A stretch of DNA of 64,000 bases from Candidatus Dormiibacterota bacterium (GTDB lineage Bacteria > Patescibacteriota > Saccharimonadia > UBA4664 > DATLOE01): the NCBI GenBank assembly GCA_035536395.1, contig DATLOE010000018.1, positions 16,193 to 80,192 of the forward strand, given 5' to 3'. The notes below the pieces were generated by a model that was given only the letters and a program-made list of their open reading frames with translations, was not told where the DNA came from and ran no database searches. Of this stretch, positions 20,122 through 30,124 are shown piece after piece (within the stretch, counting starts at the first letter, position 1; every line of letters begins with the position of its first letter). The translations under genes and the position numbers were made by a program.

Positions 20122-20382
20122 ATGGTTGTACTAAATTGGACTCGTAAATTCGTAATAACTTTAATCGGCTTTGCGGTACTGGCGGCCGGCCTAGGCTTGG
20201 CCCTGCCTGGCATACCCGGCCCCGGCCTACTTCTAATGATCGCCGGCTTTGCCATTCTAGGGCTGGAATACACATGGGCAAAATCGGCTCTTGATTCCTC
20301 CAAGCAGAAATTAAGAAGGATCACCCAGCCAATGCAGAAAACCAAAGCCAAAACCGACCCACAGGAAAACAAACCCAAATGA
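20122..20382 (+). CDS. PGPGW-domain small membrane protein
   Basis: PGPG.L...G..IL..E..WA pattern. Confidence 0.7.
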   Translation: MVVLNWTRKFVITLIGFAVLAAGLGLALPGIPGPGLLLMIAGFAILGLEYTWAKSALDSSKQKLRRITQPMQKTKAKTDPQENKPK

Positions 20383-20726
20383 TTTACGACGATCTTCTGC
20401 AAACGGTTGTGGCCCTTGCAGAAAAAGCAGACAGCAGAGAGGTTGCCGCCAATGAAGATTTCGGTTTGGAGTTAGATGGCAAGATAATCTACGATTCATG
20501 CAAGGCGACTAGCCCCGAAGGGCCGATTGAAATCAATTTAACCCGCGACTACGCGCGGCCGCCGTTCGAGTGGCTGGCCGAAATTACTCTTGATGGTAAG
20601 CCATTTCGCCACTTCCTTTTAACTAGTGAACAAACCGTTATAGAAACTTATGGCAAACAGGTTTTGCCAGTCAGTGAGCAAGATGCCAAATGGCTGCTCG
20701 CGGTTTTAAACAGCGCGGACGTCTAA
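20379..20726 (+). CDS. Hypothetical protein
   Basis: 115-aa ORF with ATGA overlap to the upstream gene. Confidence 0.65.
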   Translation: MIYDDLLQTVVALAEKADSREVAANEDFGLELDGKIIYDSCKATSPEGPIEINLTRDYARPPFEWLAEITLDGKPFRHFLLTSEQTVIETYGKQVLPVSEQDAKWLLAVLNSADV

Positions 20727-20747
20727 GATTTTGTATAATAATTAGTA

Positions 20748-21188
20748 ATGAAGCTTATTAGTCCAGTTTTCGAAAACAATTCAGCTATACCCCCCAAGTA
20801 CACCTGCCAGGGCGAAAATATTAATCCGCCTTTGAACTATGTAGATGTGCCAGAGGATGCCCAAAGCCTGGCGCTGGTGGTAGATGATCCCGATGCTCCT
20901 AGCGGAAATTTTGTGCATTGGCTGGTATGGGATATAGACCCGGCTACTCCTGGAATAGGCGAAAACAGTGTACCCGAACATGCCGTGCAGGGCCGTAACG
21001 ACTTTGGCCGACAGAATTACGGCGGCCCCTGCCCGCACTCCGGTACCCACCGATACTGCTTTAGGCTCTATGCCTTAAAAACCAAACTCAACCTGCCACC
21101 TTCGGCCTCAAAATCTGAATTAGAGGAAGCCATGAAAGACAAAATAATAAAGCACGCCGAGATAGGCGGGCAGTATGTTAAGCAGTAA
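20748..21188 (+). CDS. YbhB/YbcL (PEBP) family protein
   Basis: DDPDAP, FVHW and YGGPCP..GTHRY motifs. Confidence 0.92.
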   Translation: MKLISPVFENNSAIPPKYTCQGENINPPLNYVDVPEDAQSLALVVDDPDAPSGNFVHWLVWDIDPATPGIGENSVPEHAVQGRNDFGRQNYGGPCPHSGTHRYCFRLYALKTKLNLPPSASKSELEEAMKDKIIKHAEIGGQYVKQ

Positions 21189-21193
21189 GCACA

Positions 21194-21928
21194 ATGGCTT
21201 TTGATCAAATTCCCCTGAATGCCTACGCCTGGACCATGGGCGGAATTGCCCTATTCTTTTTCGCGCTTAGAAGTTACCGCAACCACCAGGAAACAAAAAA
21301 CCCGGTAGCCTGGATGTATTTTTTATTGGGAGCTCCCATTGCGGTGGCTTTCTTTTTATACGGCATTCCGCCGATGCTCTCGAAGGACCCCGACGTCGTA
21401 ATACAGACCTACTACTTAGCCGATATGTTTGTAATGATCAGTATGATAGCCCAATCCCGGCTGATGTGGTTTATCGGGCTTAAAAACCGTATCCGGTACG
21501 CCTGGGTTGCATTGCCTACTATAATGCTGACCCTAACGATTTTACTGCTGGAATTCGGCACCTCCAAGGCGGCCTTTGGGAACAACCTGACGCTGTATAC
21601 CGATATTGAGCCTGTTCTATATGCAAAATCACTCCTTTACCTCCTCATCTGCTTCCCTATCGGGTACTTCTTCATTCATCAGGGCGCTCTTAACCCTGAA
21701 ACCCGTGCCAAGGCAAAATCGATTATAACCGGTGTGGCTTTTATTCTGGTAAGTGCCGCTGCGATCTCCAGCAGTCTGCTTCAGCAAGGCAGTGATACGC
21801 ATGAAAGCGCCATTTCTAACTTTTTCGTATTTCTGTTGTTCCTCATAATTAACACTCTGCCCAGAAAAAAGCTACTCACTGCTGCTGCTACCCCTCCGGA
21901 TACTACAACGAACCAAAGAAGCTCTTAG
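21194..21928 (+). CDS. 7-TM membrane protein (sensor-like)
   Basis: About seven hydrophobic helices; no catalytic domain seen. Confidence 0.65.
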   Translation: MAFDQIPLNAYAWTMGGIALFFFALRSYRNHQETKNPVAWMYFLLGAPIAVAFFLYGIPPMLSKDPDVVIQTYYLADMFVMISMIAQSRLMWFIGLKNRIRYAWVALPTIMLTLTILLLEFGTSKAAFGNNLTLYTDIEPVLYAKSLLYLLICFPIGYFFIHQGALNPETRAKAKSIITGVAFILVSAAAISSSLLQQGSDTHESAISNFFVFLLFLIINTLPRKKLLTAAATPPDTTTNQRSS

Positions 21929-23597
21929 TCTCGGCCACGACCACTTTGCTATGGTCTTTCTTGAGCTGGCTGTATGGTGGCACCCGCAGGTAAAATGTAG
22001 ATCCCTGGTTTAATTCACTTTCAAACCAAACCTCTCCATTCAAACGGTCGGCCAGTTTTTTAACGATGTAGAGGCCCAGCCCGGTTCCGCCCGTTTCCCG
22101 GGTACGGAAATCTTCGGAGCGAAAGAATTTGGTGAATATCTTCTTCTGGTCAGCGGAAGCAATGCCAATGCCGGTATCGGTTACGCCGAATATAATGCCA
22201 TCCTTGGGGTTCTCGGCATACTTCGCGCTAATAGTCACCGAGCCTTTTTTGGTGTATTTAATGGCGTTTGTCACAAAGTTGTGCAAAATCTCCTTAACCC
22301 GATACTCGCTTGAAAGTACCGGCGCAAGCACAGCCGGATATTCTGTTTTAATCTCCAAATTCTTAGCTGCCGCTTCTTCTTTATGATCGCTCTTAATCTG
22401 CTCAATAAATGCCCCTGCATCTATCGGGTCGAGATCCACATCCAGAATGTCCTGCTCAGCCTTGGAGAGTGTAGTGAGATCGGTGATGATATCGCCCAAA
22501 AATTTAATGTTGCGGTGGGCTTGGTTCATCATCCTCAAGGTATCCTTATTGTCGGATGCATAAGCCGGTAGTAAAGCTGTAGAAATATTGGCTTCGGCAA
22601 TCGCAACCGGAGTTCGCAGCTCATGTGAGGCCACGGAAATGAACTCCTCCTGCTGCTGCTCAAGTGTTTTTTCTCTGGTAATGTCCCGTACCACCATCAC
22701 AAAACCTTTATTATCCTCTTTATCCCCTTGCGCCACGATGTATGGGGTAAGGTTGACCTCGATATTAATCAAGCTACCGTCGGGCATTTTCAGCCCCAAA
22801 TCACGTCGCTTTACGCTGCCGGTGGCAGATTTCTGAATCTGGTTGAACTCTACCGGCCGGTTTTTGGCATCAGTCAGCCGCAGGAGTTCATTTATGCTTT
22901 GGTCTGCAATCTTCTGGTTGCCCATCATATGCAGAGCCATTTGGTTATGCAAGATAATCCGTCCCTCCTTACTTACCACTAGCACAGCGTCTACCATGTT
23001 ATTAATCAGCGCCAACAGTCTTTGACGCTCCTGATCAATCTGCACGCTTATCTTAGAGAGATTCACCCTCTCATTGCGCTCGGCCCTTGTAAGCCGGGCA
23101 GCATATAGGCCGACGCAGGTAAAGATCAGACATCTCAGAGCAATACCGGTTAAGTGTATGGGGTTAAACTGCCCGAGCAGTGCCGAAACCGCCAAGATAC
23201 CGGCCGTCTGGCCAGCGCTCACAATAAATACTGCCGGGGTACCCCACCAGAAGCCGGCCGAAATCAGCATGAATACCAGAATACTGTAATACGGGCTGTC
23301 GGCGCCGCCTGTCAGATAAAGCAGCGAAAGGGTAAATACATTGTCTATTCCAATCATCAGTGGCTTAGAAACAAACCATTTTTGCTTCAGCATCACCGGG
23401 ATATGCATGCCGATGTTGTAGACCAAAGCCGAAACGATCAGCCAGCTCAGCTCCCAAAACTCGTTAGGGGCGATAAAGGCGTAGGTGAGAATTACAATTG
23501 CTATCACCAGCCAGCGTACAAAGCGCGTGGCCTGCTCATAAAAGCTGGTGCGGCTAGCCAGAATCTCCTGCGGCTCTATTTTCTGAGGTGTATCCAA
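21903..23597 (-). CDS. Membrane PAS histidine kinase
   Basis: SHELRTP H-box, NAIKYT, DTGIGI, GTGLGL; PAS region. Confidence 0.92.
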   Translation of the reverse strand: MDTPQKIEPQEILASRTSFYEQATRFVRWLVIAIVILTYAFIAPNEFWELSWLIVSALVYNIGMHIPVMLKQKWFVSKPLMIGIDNVFTLSLLYLTGGADSPYYSILVFMLISAGFWWGTPAVFIVSAGQTAGILAVSALLGQFNPIHLTGIALRCLIFTCVGLYAARLTRAERNERVNLSKISVQIDQERQRLLALINNMVDAVLVVSKEGRIILHNQMALHMMGNQKIADQSINELLRLTDAKNRPVEFNQIQKSATGSVKRRDLGLKMPDGSLINIEVNLTPYIVAQGDKEDNKGFVMVVRDITREKTLEQQQEEFISVASHELRTPVAIAEANISTALLPAYASDNKDTLRMMNQAHRNIKFLGDIITDLTTLSKAEQDILDVDLDPIDAGAFIEQIKSDHKEEAAAKNLEIKTEYPAVLAPVLSSEYRVKEILHNFVTNAIKYTKKGSVTISAKYAENPKDGIIFGVTDTGIGIASADQKKIFTKFFRSEDFRTRETGGTGLGLYIVKKLADRLNGEVWFESELNQGSTFYLRVPPYSQLKKDHSKVVVAETKSFFGSL

Positions 23598-23670
23598 TTA
23601 CTATGCTTCTTATGCTTATATTCTACATCAATTCAGAGCATCTATTAAGGTGAAAGAGACAGCAACAAAA

Positions 23671-23696
23671 AGAGGAGCCTTTTAAGGGGCTCCTCT
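23671..23696 (-). terminator. Intrinsic terminator after the orphan pair 23817-24356
   Basis: AGAGGAGCC/GGCTCCTCT stem followed by TTTT on the minus strand. Confidence 0.7.
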
Positions 23697-23816
23697 AGTG
23701 GTAGCACTATTGCTAATGCTACCGTGCCACCTCACGATGGCAATTACAATTTTAGTCCTGCTTAATTTGCGATGCAAGCATGAGCGCTTTAAAGCCCCAA
23801 TCATAAGATTGGGGCT

Positions 23817-24056
23817 TTATTTTATGGCTTGGGCCTCGTCCAAGTTTTCCACAGCCTGCTTGAGATTGGCGATGCCATCTTTTTCAGGCAGTAGTCCTTT
23901 CACAAGCACTCTAGCCGCACCTGCCACCTGCAGAAGGGCCGAGGTTTCATCGGGTTGGGACTGCCGTGCTCGGCGCGCGTTGCGCATCCACCTGCAATTA
24001 ATACCACCCCTGCAATGCTCATCGCAATCGGCAACGATCTGTCCGTCTACACACAT
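23817..24056 (-). CDS. Small Cys-rich orphan protein
   Basis: 79 aa with C..C-x3-C-x5-C; starts 3 nt after the upstream ORF stop. Confidence 0.55.
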   Translation of the reverse strand: MCVDGQIVADCDEHCRGGINCRWMRNARRARQSQPDETSALLQVAGAARVLVKGLLPEKDGIANLKQAVENLDEAQAIK

Positions 24057-24059
24057 TAT

Positions 24060-24356
24060 TCAGTCGGCACACGATTCGCTGATTTCCATCCGGCTTTTTT
24101 GCGAGAGAGCACCCCAATCTTGCTCACACATAACCAGGCGAACGCCATCTTCTCCCCGGTAGAACCGACAGTAACGACAGAAGCAATCAGGCTTTACGTC
24201 TGACCGAGGCCGATCGTCTCCTTTTCTTGCGCCGAGATGGTCATAAGCCTTCATTGCCATCTCGTGGCGCCCGTACCTTTCAGCCTCCTCATGATTTATT
24301 GGCCCGCCAGGTTTGCCAATAAGCGGGGTCAGGTCAACAATCTCTACAGCTGTCAT
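24060..24356 (-). CDS. Small Cys-rich orphan protein
   Basis: AGGAGG SD; CFCRYC motif. Confidence 0.65.
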   Translation of the reverse strand: MTAVEIVDLTPLIGKPGGPINHEEAERYGRHEMAMKAYDHLGARKGDDRPRSDVKPDCFCRYCRFYRGEDGVRLVMCEQDWGALSQKSRMEISESCAD

Positions 24357-24467
24357 CTTTTGCCTCCTAGGAACAAAATGAGCGTTACCGCTACTTCAAG
24401 ACAACTTTATCAGATTAAGAGAAATATTAAAGCCGTTTTTTAGGCATCAGCGGAGTAAGCCAAGAAT

Positions 24468-25577
24468 TTATAGCTTGGTTGGATTAACAACATAAATCTT
24501 ATCGTCGCCGGCTAGGGGGTTGCCGCGCCCGTCGCGATTGCTGACGGTAATATATAGCAGGCCATCCGGCCCCACTACCACCTCGCGCACTCGCCCTAGC
24601 TCACCGGCAAAGTGTTTAACCGGCGCGGTTGGTTCGCCTAGAGTGACCATAAACAGCGCTTGCCCGCGCAGCCCGCCGAAGTACAGCTTCTGCTTAAGCG
24701 TTGCCGTACCGGAAGGCGCCCAAGTATCGGCCCCGCTTTGCACCACCGGCGCCGCCATCCCCTCTCTCTGTTGCTCACCCCGTACAGTCGGCCAGCCATA
24801 ATTGCCGCCCGCAGTTATTTTATTCACCTCATCTTGGGTAATCTGGCCATGCTCCGTTGCCCATAGCTGGCCGCGGCTATCCCAAGCTAAACCCTGCGGG
24901 TTACGGTGGCCATAGGAATAGACGCGGCTGCCGAAGGGATTTCCTGGCGCCGGCTTGCCGTCATCGGTCACCCGTAATATTTTGCCGGCTAAAGCATTCT
25001 TATCTTGGGCCAGGGAAGGTTCTTGCGCGTCGCCGGTTGCAATATATAAGAACCTGTCCGGACCGAACTTAATGCGGCCGCCATTATGATTGTTCGCGCC
25101 CGGTATGCCATCTACCACCATGCTCCGGCTTGTAAGTTTATCTCCCTCAAGTCTGTACCGTACAACTCGGTTAAAAGTATTCTCCCCCACCCCGCCGTAT
25201 GTGTAATACAAGTAAACAAGGCGGTTTTTTGAAAATTCCGGGTGTACTGCAATACCTAGTAGGCCGCCCTCACTCTGTGCCCAGACATCATCTAGCACCA
25301 AGAGAGGCTCGGACTTAAGCTTGCCGTCGGCGCCCACCAGCCTTACCTTGCCGGGCCGCTCCGTTACCAATAGACTTTTATCAGGCAGAAAAGCTATGGC
25401 CCAAGGGATTTCCAGATTTTCTGCCAGCACCGCTATGCGTGGAGCAGCTTTATTTTCTTTTTGGGGAATGTCGGTTTTCGGCTGCGGTCTTTGGTAGTAA
25501 GCAAAATATTGTATGGCGCCAAGCACCAGCGCGCCTGATATTAAGCCTGCAACTATCCATTTAAGCCATTTCTTCAT
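24468..25577 (-). CDS. PQQ-dependent glucose/sorbosone dehydrogenase family protein
   Basis: GGLLG...HP, HNGGRI.FGPD, YGHRNPQG and NYGWP motifs; start reassigned to MKKWLKW. Confidence 0.9.
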   Translation of the reverse strand: MKKWLKWIVAGLISGALVLGAIQYFAYYQRPQPKTDIPQKENKAAPRIAVLAENLEIPWAIAFLPDKSLLVTERPGKVRLVGADGKLKSEPLLVLDDVWAQSEGGLLGIAVHPEFSKNRLVYLYYTYGGVGENTFNRVVRYRLEGDKLTSRSMVVDGIPGANNHNGGRIKFGPDRFLYIATGDAQEPSLAQDKNALAGKILRVTDDGKPAPGNPFGSRVYSYGHRNPQGLAWDSRGQLWATEHGQITQDEVNKITAGGNYGWPTVRGEQQREGMAAPVVQSGADTWAPSGTATLKQKLYFGGLRGQALFMVTLGEPTAPVKHFAGELGRVREVVVGPDGLLYITVSNRDGRGNPLAGDDKIYVVNPTKL

Positions 25578-25616
25578 AATTTGATTATAGACCCGGTATA
25601 GATGTATGTATATGAA

Positions 25617-25644
25617 AAGCCCGGGGTGGTTAAACCCCGGGCTT
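25617..25644 (-). terminator. Intrinsic terminator of the STAS gene
   Basis: AAGCCCGGGGT/ACCCCGGGCTT stem with U-tract; overlaps the stop codon. Confidence 0.7.
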
Positions 25645-26004
25645 ACTGGCTGTGGCGGATTCGAGAGTGTCGAAAAGCTCAAAAACCCTATGCAGCCCAG
25701 TGATCTCGAACATTCTTGCAATACCTTCGTATGAAGATACAATGTGCAGCAAGCCGCCTAGATGCCGTACTTGTTTGTGCGCAGTGACTAGAGCGCCCAA
25801 AGTCATAGAATCAAGGTATTTCACCTGGCTGAGATCTATCACCATCGGTACAGCATCCTTCATTTCGCCCTGTATGGCAGCTTTGAAGTTCTCGGCCATA
25901 TACAGGTCGATTTCTTCTTCTACGACGCGTAAAACCACCCAACCGTTTTGGCGTGAAACCGAAACCTCACAAGGCTCTGCCTGAATTCCCTCCGAAACAC
26001 TCAT
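25630..26004 (-). CDS. STAS-domain anti-sigma-factor antagonist (RsbV/BldG-like)
   Basis: EIDLY...VIDLSQVKYLDSMTLGALV...FEITGL; promoter TAGACA-17-TATAAT upstream. Confidence 0.85.
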   Translation of the reverse strand: MSVSEGIQAEPCEVSVSRQNGWVVLRVVEEEIDLYMAENFKAAIQGEMKDAVPMVIDLSQVKYLDSMTLGALVTAHKQVRHLGGLLHIVSSYEGIARMFEITGLHRVFELFDTLESATASKPGV

Positions 26005-26109
26005 TTCTCGCTCCGATGTAGGCCTTTTAAAGAACTCGGGTAATTATAAAATTAAACCCTGACTTTGTCTATAAAATTTAAAAAAGACCCGACCGTGGTC
26101 AGACCCTTT

Positions 26110-26184
26110 TGGCTGGGATGCTAGGACTCGAACCTAGAATCTCCTCGTCCAGAGCGAGGCGCCTTACCATTTGGCCACATCCCA
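26110..26184 (-). tRNA. tRNA-Gln(CUG)
   Basis: Full cloverleaf TGGGATG/CATCCCA, loop CT-CTG-GA, encoded CCA. Confidence 0.95.
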
Positions 26185-26352
26185 TCGTCTAAACCGAGCT
26201 TCAATTTTCAGACATTGCCTGCAACGTCTTCCAATTTACACTGCGGTTTCTCCTCCCGAAATCGCAAACAGGCAAAGCCTTGGTTTACAATTTCGCTAGG
26301 CTACTTCAAGAGATTTTAGCAGTTTGGGAAGTTTTCTACAATCTGTGCGTGG

Positions 26353-26658
26353 TCAGAATAGAGTTTTAGAAAACAGAACAGAAAGCAGAATTGCGGTAAT
26401 GGCGCCAAAGGCGGCGATTGTGCGCAGAAAGAAGCTAGCAGCCACTTTCTTTTTGCCATCCAGATAGAGGGTGAGCGGCTGGTACACGAACAGGTAGCCC
26501 ATAACAGCAGCCGATAAAGTGAATAGAGACATGAAGACAATCGGGGCAAGAATGTTGTCTTCTTCCGGGGCCGACTTTGATCCATAAAACATTACCAAGG
26601 CTACAATGGTTATATAAGCCAAAGCTGCCAAGGCATTAATAATTGGGTTTTTACTCAT
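26353..26658 (-). CDS. Small 3-TM hypothetical protein
   Basis: 101-aa hydrophobic ORF; TAAAAT 6 nt before ATG. Confidence 0.7.
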   Translation of the reverse strand: MSKNPIINALAALAYITIVALVMFYGSKSAPEEDNILAPIVFMSLFTLSAAVMGYLFVYQPLTLYLDGKKKVAASFFLRTIAAFGAITAILLSVLFSKTLF

Positions 26659-26690
26659 GGTCTAATTTTACCACGCGAATTAAGCTCTTT

Positions 26691-27182
26691 TTACTTAGCT
26701 GATTCGAATGCCTCTTTGAGCTTGGGCAGATCCAGCTTAACCATCGGCATCATAGCCGCCATTAAGGCCTTCTTTTGGGCCGGGGTGCCCTTCTCCATCA
26801 TTTCCCCAAACTCACGGGGAGTAATCTGCCAGGTGGTACCGAATTTATCGACTATCCAGCCGCACTGCTGAGGCTTGCCGCCTTCTAGCAGCTTCTCCCA
26901 GACAGCGTCTATCTCCTCCTGAGTGTCGAATTCCACCAACAATGATATATTGCCGCCAGGCTTAAACAACGGTCCGCCGTCCAGGCACATCAACTTTAAG
27001 CCATAGACCTCAAAAATTCCCGTTAGCACCTTACCCTTTAGTTCCTTCTCTCCCGGTATGCCCTGATCGCCGGCATAGCGTTCGATCTCTATTATTTTAG
27101 AGTTGGGAAAAGCTGAGGTATAAAAGTTCATTGCCTCCTCAGCGTTACTTTCGAACCAGATGCATGGTATGACTTTTTGCAT
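26691..27182 (-). CDS. VOC/PhnB-like protein
   Basis: PCIWF...AEEA..FY, LDGGP and CGWIVDKFGTTWQI motifs. Confidence 0.88.
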   Translation of the reverse strand: MQKVIPCIWFESNAEEAMNFYTSAFPNSKIIEIERYAGDQGIPGEKELKGKVLTGIFEVYGLKLMCLDGGPLFKPGGNISLLVEFDTQEEIDAVWEKLLEGGKPQQCGWIVDKFGTTWQITPREFGEMMEKGTPAQKKALMAAMMPMVKLDLPKLKEAFESAK

Positions 27183-27203
27183 AATTTTACTCCTTACTAA
27201 TTA

Positions 27204-27671
27204 TTATTCTGCCTGGCGGCGGGAGCCGAGTGCATGCAAGTGCTTGCGGCTGCGCTCAAAAAAACTCTCATAAAAACCCTTGGCATCGATTGCTATCTTA
27301 CCCAACCCGTCATTGTCGCTGCCCTCGGCTACTCCTTCTATCAGCTCCCAGTGCACAATGGCGGCGCCGCAAAAGAAGCCCATCCACTCATATAGTTCGG
27401 TAATGTCATCCCAGCTGTCGCCTATGTAGGTATCGCGCATTACTCTCAGTTTCTTATTCGTGGCCTCGGCTTTCGCCAAAGTAACATCTAGCTTACCAGC
27501 CGCATCGGCCGCGGCTTTTATAGCCTGTGTGTGGTTATGGCTTAGCTCACTAAATTGCTTGGTGTCCAAACTTTCGCTACTAAAAGCTTCGGCGCCCCGC
27601 TCAAGCGTATCGTTAAATGTTTCGGCAAAAGCCAGTACTTCTCCTAATTTGCGTGCGGAAAAATCATTCAT
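27204..27671 (-). CDS. Hypothetical helical (possibly ferritin-like) protein
   Basis: ATGA overlap with sodA; 155 aa. Confidence 0.65.
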   Translation of the reverse strand: MNDFSARKLGEVLAFAETFNDTLERGAEAFSSESLDTKQFSELSHNHTQAIKAAADAAGKLDVTLAKAEATNKKLRVMRDTYIGDSWDDITELYEWMGFFCGAAIVHWELIEGVAEGSDNDGLGKIAIDAKGFYESFFERSRKHLHALGSRRQAE

Positions 27672-28267
27672 GCTGAATAACGCCTTTCTACTTCCGGCCA
27701 ATTGACCACATTCCACCAGGCATCGGTATAATCAGGGCGTTTGTTCTGATATTTCAGGTAGTAAGCATGCTCCCAGATATCCAAGCCCAAGATTGGTATA
27801 TGGCCATCACTTAGCGGGCTGTCTTGATTAGCCGTGGAGCAAATGTGTAGGCCATCCGCGTCTTTGCAAAGCCAAGCCCAGCCGCTGCCGAACCGGCCGA
27901 TGGCGGCCTCCTTAAACTTAGCCTTAAACTCCTCAAAGCCGCCGAATGCGGATTTAATAGCCTCCGCCAATTCTCCGCCTGGTTCGCCACCACCATCAGG
28001 CGACATAATAGTCCAGAAAAAGCTGTGGTTGGCGTGGCCGCCACCATTATTGCGTACTGCCGTCCTTTTATCTTCCGGAACTTCATCAATATTCTGGATG
28101 AGTTCATTAATATCCAACGCCAGCAGTTCGTCATTTCCTTTTAAAGCATCGTTCAGCTTATCTACATAGGTCTGATGGTGCTTGGTGTGGTGGATTTCCA
28201 TCGTACGCGCGTCTATATGCGGCTCCAGGGCATCGTAATCGTATGGCAGTTTAGGCAACTCAAACAT
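27668..28267 (-). CDS. sodA: Fe/Mn superoxide dismutase
   Basis: [22 protein letters not shown] and DIWEHAYY motifs. Confidence 0.95.
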   Translation of the reverse strand: MFELPKLPYDYDALEPHIDARTMEIHHTKHHQTYVDKLNDALKGNDELLALDINELIQNIDEVPEDKRTAVRNNGGGHANHSFFWTIMSPDGGGEPGGELAEAIKSAFGGFEEFKAKFKEAAIGRFGSGWAWLCKDADGLHICSTANQDSPLSDGHIPILGLDIWEHAYYLKYQNKRPDYTDAWWNVVNWPEVERRYSA

Positions 28268-28384
28268 ATTTATCCTTTCTTAAGGGCTTTTTTATATTGT
28301 ACATCACATGGGCAGGCGTGTGCTTGAGCATACTTACAAACGCGGTTCGTTTGCAAACTGCTTACGCTGGTTTAGAATATAGAT

Positions 28385-29431
28385 ATGAGCGTGTACGTGG
28401 ATGGAATAAGCCGCCGTGGGAATGTATTGGATCTGTCGGTCTACCGGCCGCCTGCCAGGCCGGTAGAGGCTATGTCACCTGCGGCGCCGCAAGGGGCGAT
28501 GGACGGAGTTCATAGAAAGGTGTTCCAGCCAGAAACTGCGACCAGTGCCGCTGCTGCAGTAAAGCCGCCCAGGGATTGGGCCAGAACGGCCGTTGATGTT
28601 CTGCCGCTAGCACTGCTGGCTGCCACAGCCGCTATTACGCCCCTGGTTTACCCAAAGATAATATTGCGGGAAGCACCGCCAGTCTTAACCGCCCAGCCTG
28701 CTCCGGTTCAGCCGACCCAACACGCGGTTGCTCCGCTGACAGACATTCAGAACGCACTGAATGAGTATTCTGCCGGCAGCGCCGTACCAATTAGCGCAAT
28801 GATGATAGATCTGAAAACCGGCGCCCAAGCCGGCACCGGGGCCGAAAAAGTGTTTACCAGCGCCAGCCTGTACAAACTTTTTGTGGCCCAAGCCGTTTAC
28901 AAAATGGTAGATTCCGGTAGCCTCACGTTGAGTTCAGCCGTTAAGGGTACAGGGCTGAGTGTGGAACAATGCCTAAACCGTATGATAACCGTATCTGACA
29001 ACCCCTGTGCTATGGCTCTGGGCTCAGTAATCGGCTGGGAAAAGCAAAATACTACTCTGGCTGCGGCTGGTTACACCGGTACTACCCTCCACCGCACCAA
29101 TCCGCTTAAAACCACCGCCGGCGATACCGCCCTTTTGCTAAAGCGGCTCTACGATGGCACGCTGCTTAGCCCCAATAGCACCCAGCACTTTTTGGATTTG
29201 CTGAAAGCCCAGAAGATTAACAACCGCCTGCCTGCCAGTTTGCCTGCCGGCACGGTAGTGGCTCACAAAACCGGCGATCTAGATGGCCTCAGCCACGATG
29301 CCGGTATAGTTTACGGACCCAAAGGCGATTACGTGATTGCCGTTATGAGCGGCCCTTGGTCGAATATGGGCCAAGCCGCCACAAGCATTGCCCAGCTCTC
29401 AGTCACTGTTTACGGTTTGGCTAACAGATAG
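28385..29431 (+). CDS. Class A beta-lactamase-like serine hydrolase
   Basis: SLYK, SDN and HKTG motifs. Confidence 0.85.
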   Translation: MSVYVDGISRRGNVLDLSVYRPPARPVEAMSPAAPQGAMDGVHRKVFQPETATSAAAAVKPPRDWARTAVDVLPLALLAATAAITPLVYPKIILREAPPVLTAQPAPVQPTQHAVAPLTDIQNALNEYSAGSAVPISAMMIDLKTGAQAGTGAEKVFTSASLYKLFVAQAVYKMVDSGSLTLSSAVKGTGLSVEQCLNRMITVSDNPCAMALGSVIGWEKQNTTLAAAGYTGTTLHRTNPLKTTAGDTALLLKRLYDGTLLSPNSTQHFLDLLKAQKINNRLPASLPAGTVVAHKTGDLDGLSHDAGIVYGPKGDYVIAVMSGPWSNMGQAATSIAQLSVTVYGLANR

Positions 29432-29452
29432 CTTCCCTGTAAACTATATTTC

Positions 29453-30124
29453 ATGAAAATCGATATTATTACTTTATTCCCAGAGATGTTCAAAGGGCCG
29501 TTTGACACCAGTATGCTCTGGAAAGCTCAAAAAGACGGCTTAGCCGAAATTAAAATCCACAATCTGCGCGAGTACGGAATCGGTGAACGCAGAACAGTGG
29601 ACGATACGCCCTATGGCGGTGGAGACGGTATGCTGCTTAAACCGGAGCCGGTAGTAAATGCGATTGAGGCTGCCAAAAAAGATAATCCTAAGGCCAAAGT
29701 AATCATTCTCTCCCCGCAAGGCAAGAGGTTTGATCAGGCAGAAGCCCAAAAACTATCAATTGAAACAGGCTTAATTTTAGTAGCCGGCCGGTACGAAGGC
29801 TTTGATGAGCGCATTATGGAGTTTGCTGATGCAGAGCTTTCTGTAGGCGATTACGTTCTAACCGGCGGCGAGTTGCCAGCCATGGTAGTAACCGATGCGG
29901 TTGTAAGACTACTGCCCGGGGTGCTTGGCGGAGAGTACAGCTTGGCCGATGAGACCTTTAATGAGGGTTTGCTTGAGTATCCGCAGTACACGCGGCCGGT
30001 TGAGTTCCGCGGACATAAGGTGCCAGACATTTTGCAGGCCGGTAATCATGGTGAAATTAAAAAATGGCGCAAAGAGAAATCAGTAGAAAAAACCAAGCGT
30101 AACCGCCCGGATTTGCTTAATTAG
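29453..30124 (+). CDS. trmD: tRNA (guanine37-N1)-methyltransferase
   Basis: DDTPYGGG, GRYEGFDER and GDYVLTGGE motifs. Confidence 0.97.
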   Translation: MKIDIITLFPEMFKGPFDTSMLWKAQKDGLAEIKIHNLREYGIGERRTVDDTPYGGGDGMLLKPEPVVNAIEAAKKDNPKAKVIILSPQGKRFDQAEAQKLSIETGLILVAGRYEGFDERIMEFADAELSVGDYVLTGGELPAMVVTDAVVRLLPGVLGGEYSLADETFNEGLLEYPQYTRPVEFRGHKVPDILQAGNHGEIKKWRKEKSVEKTKRNRPDLLN

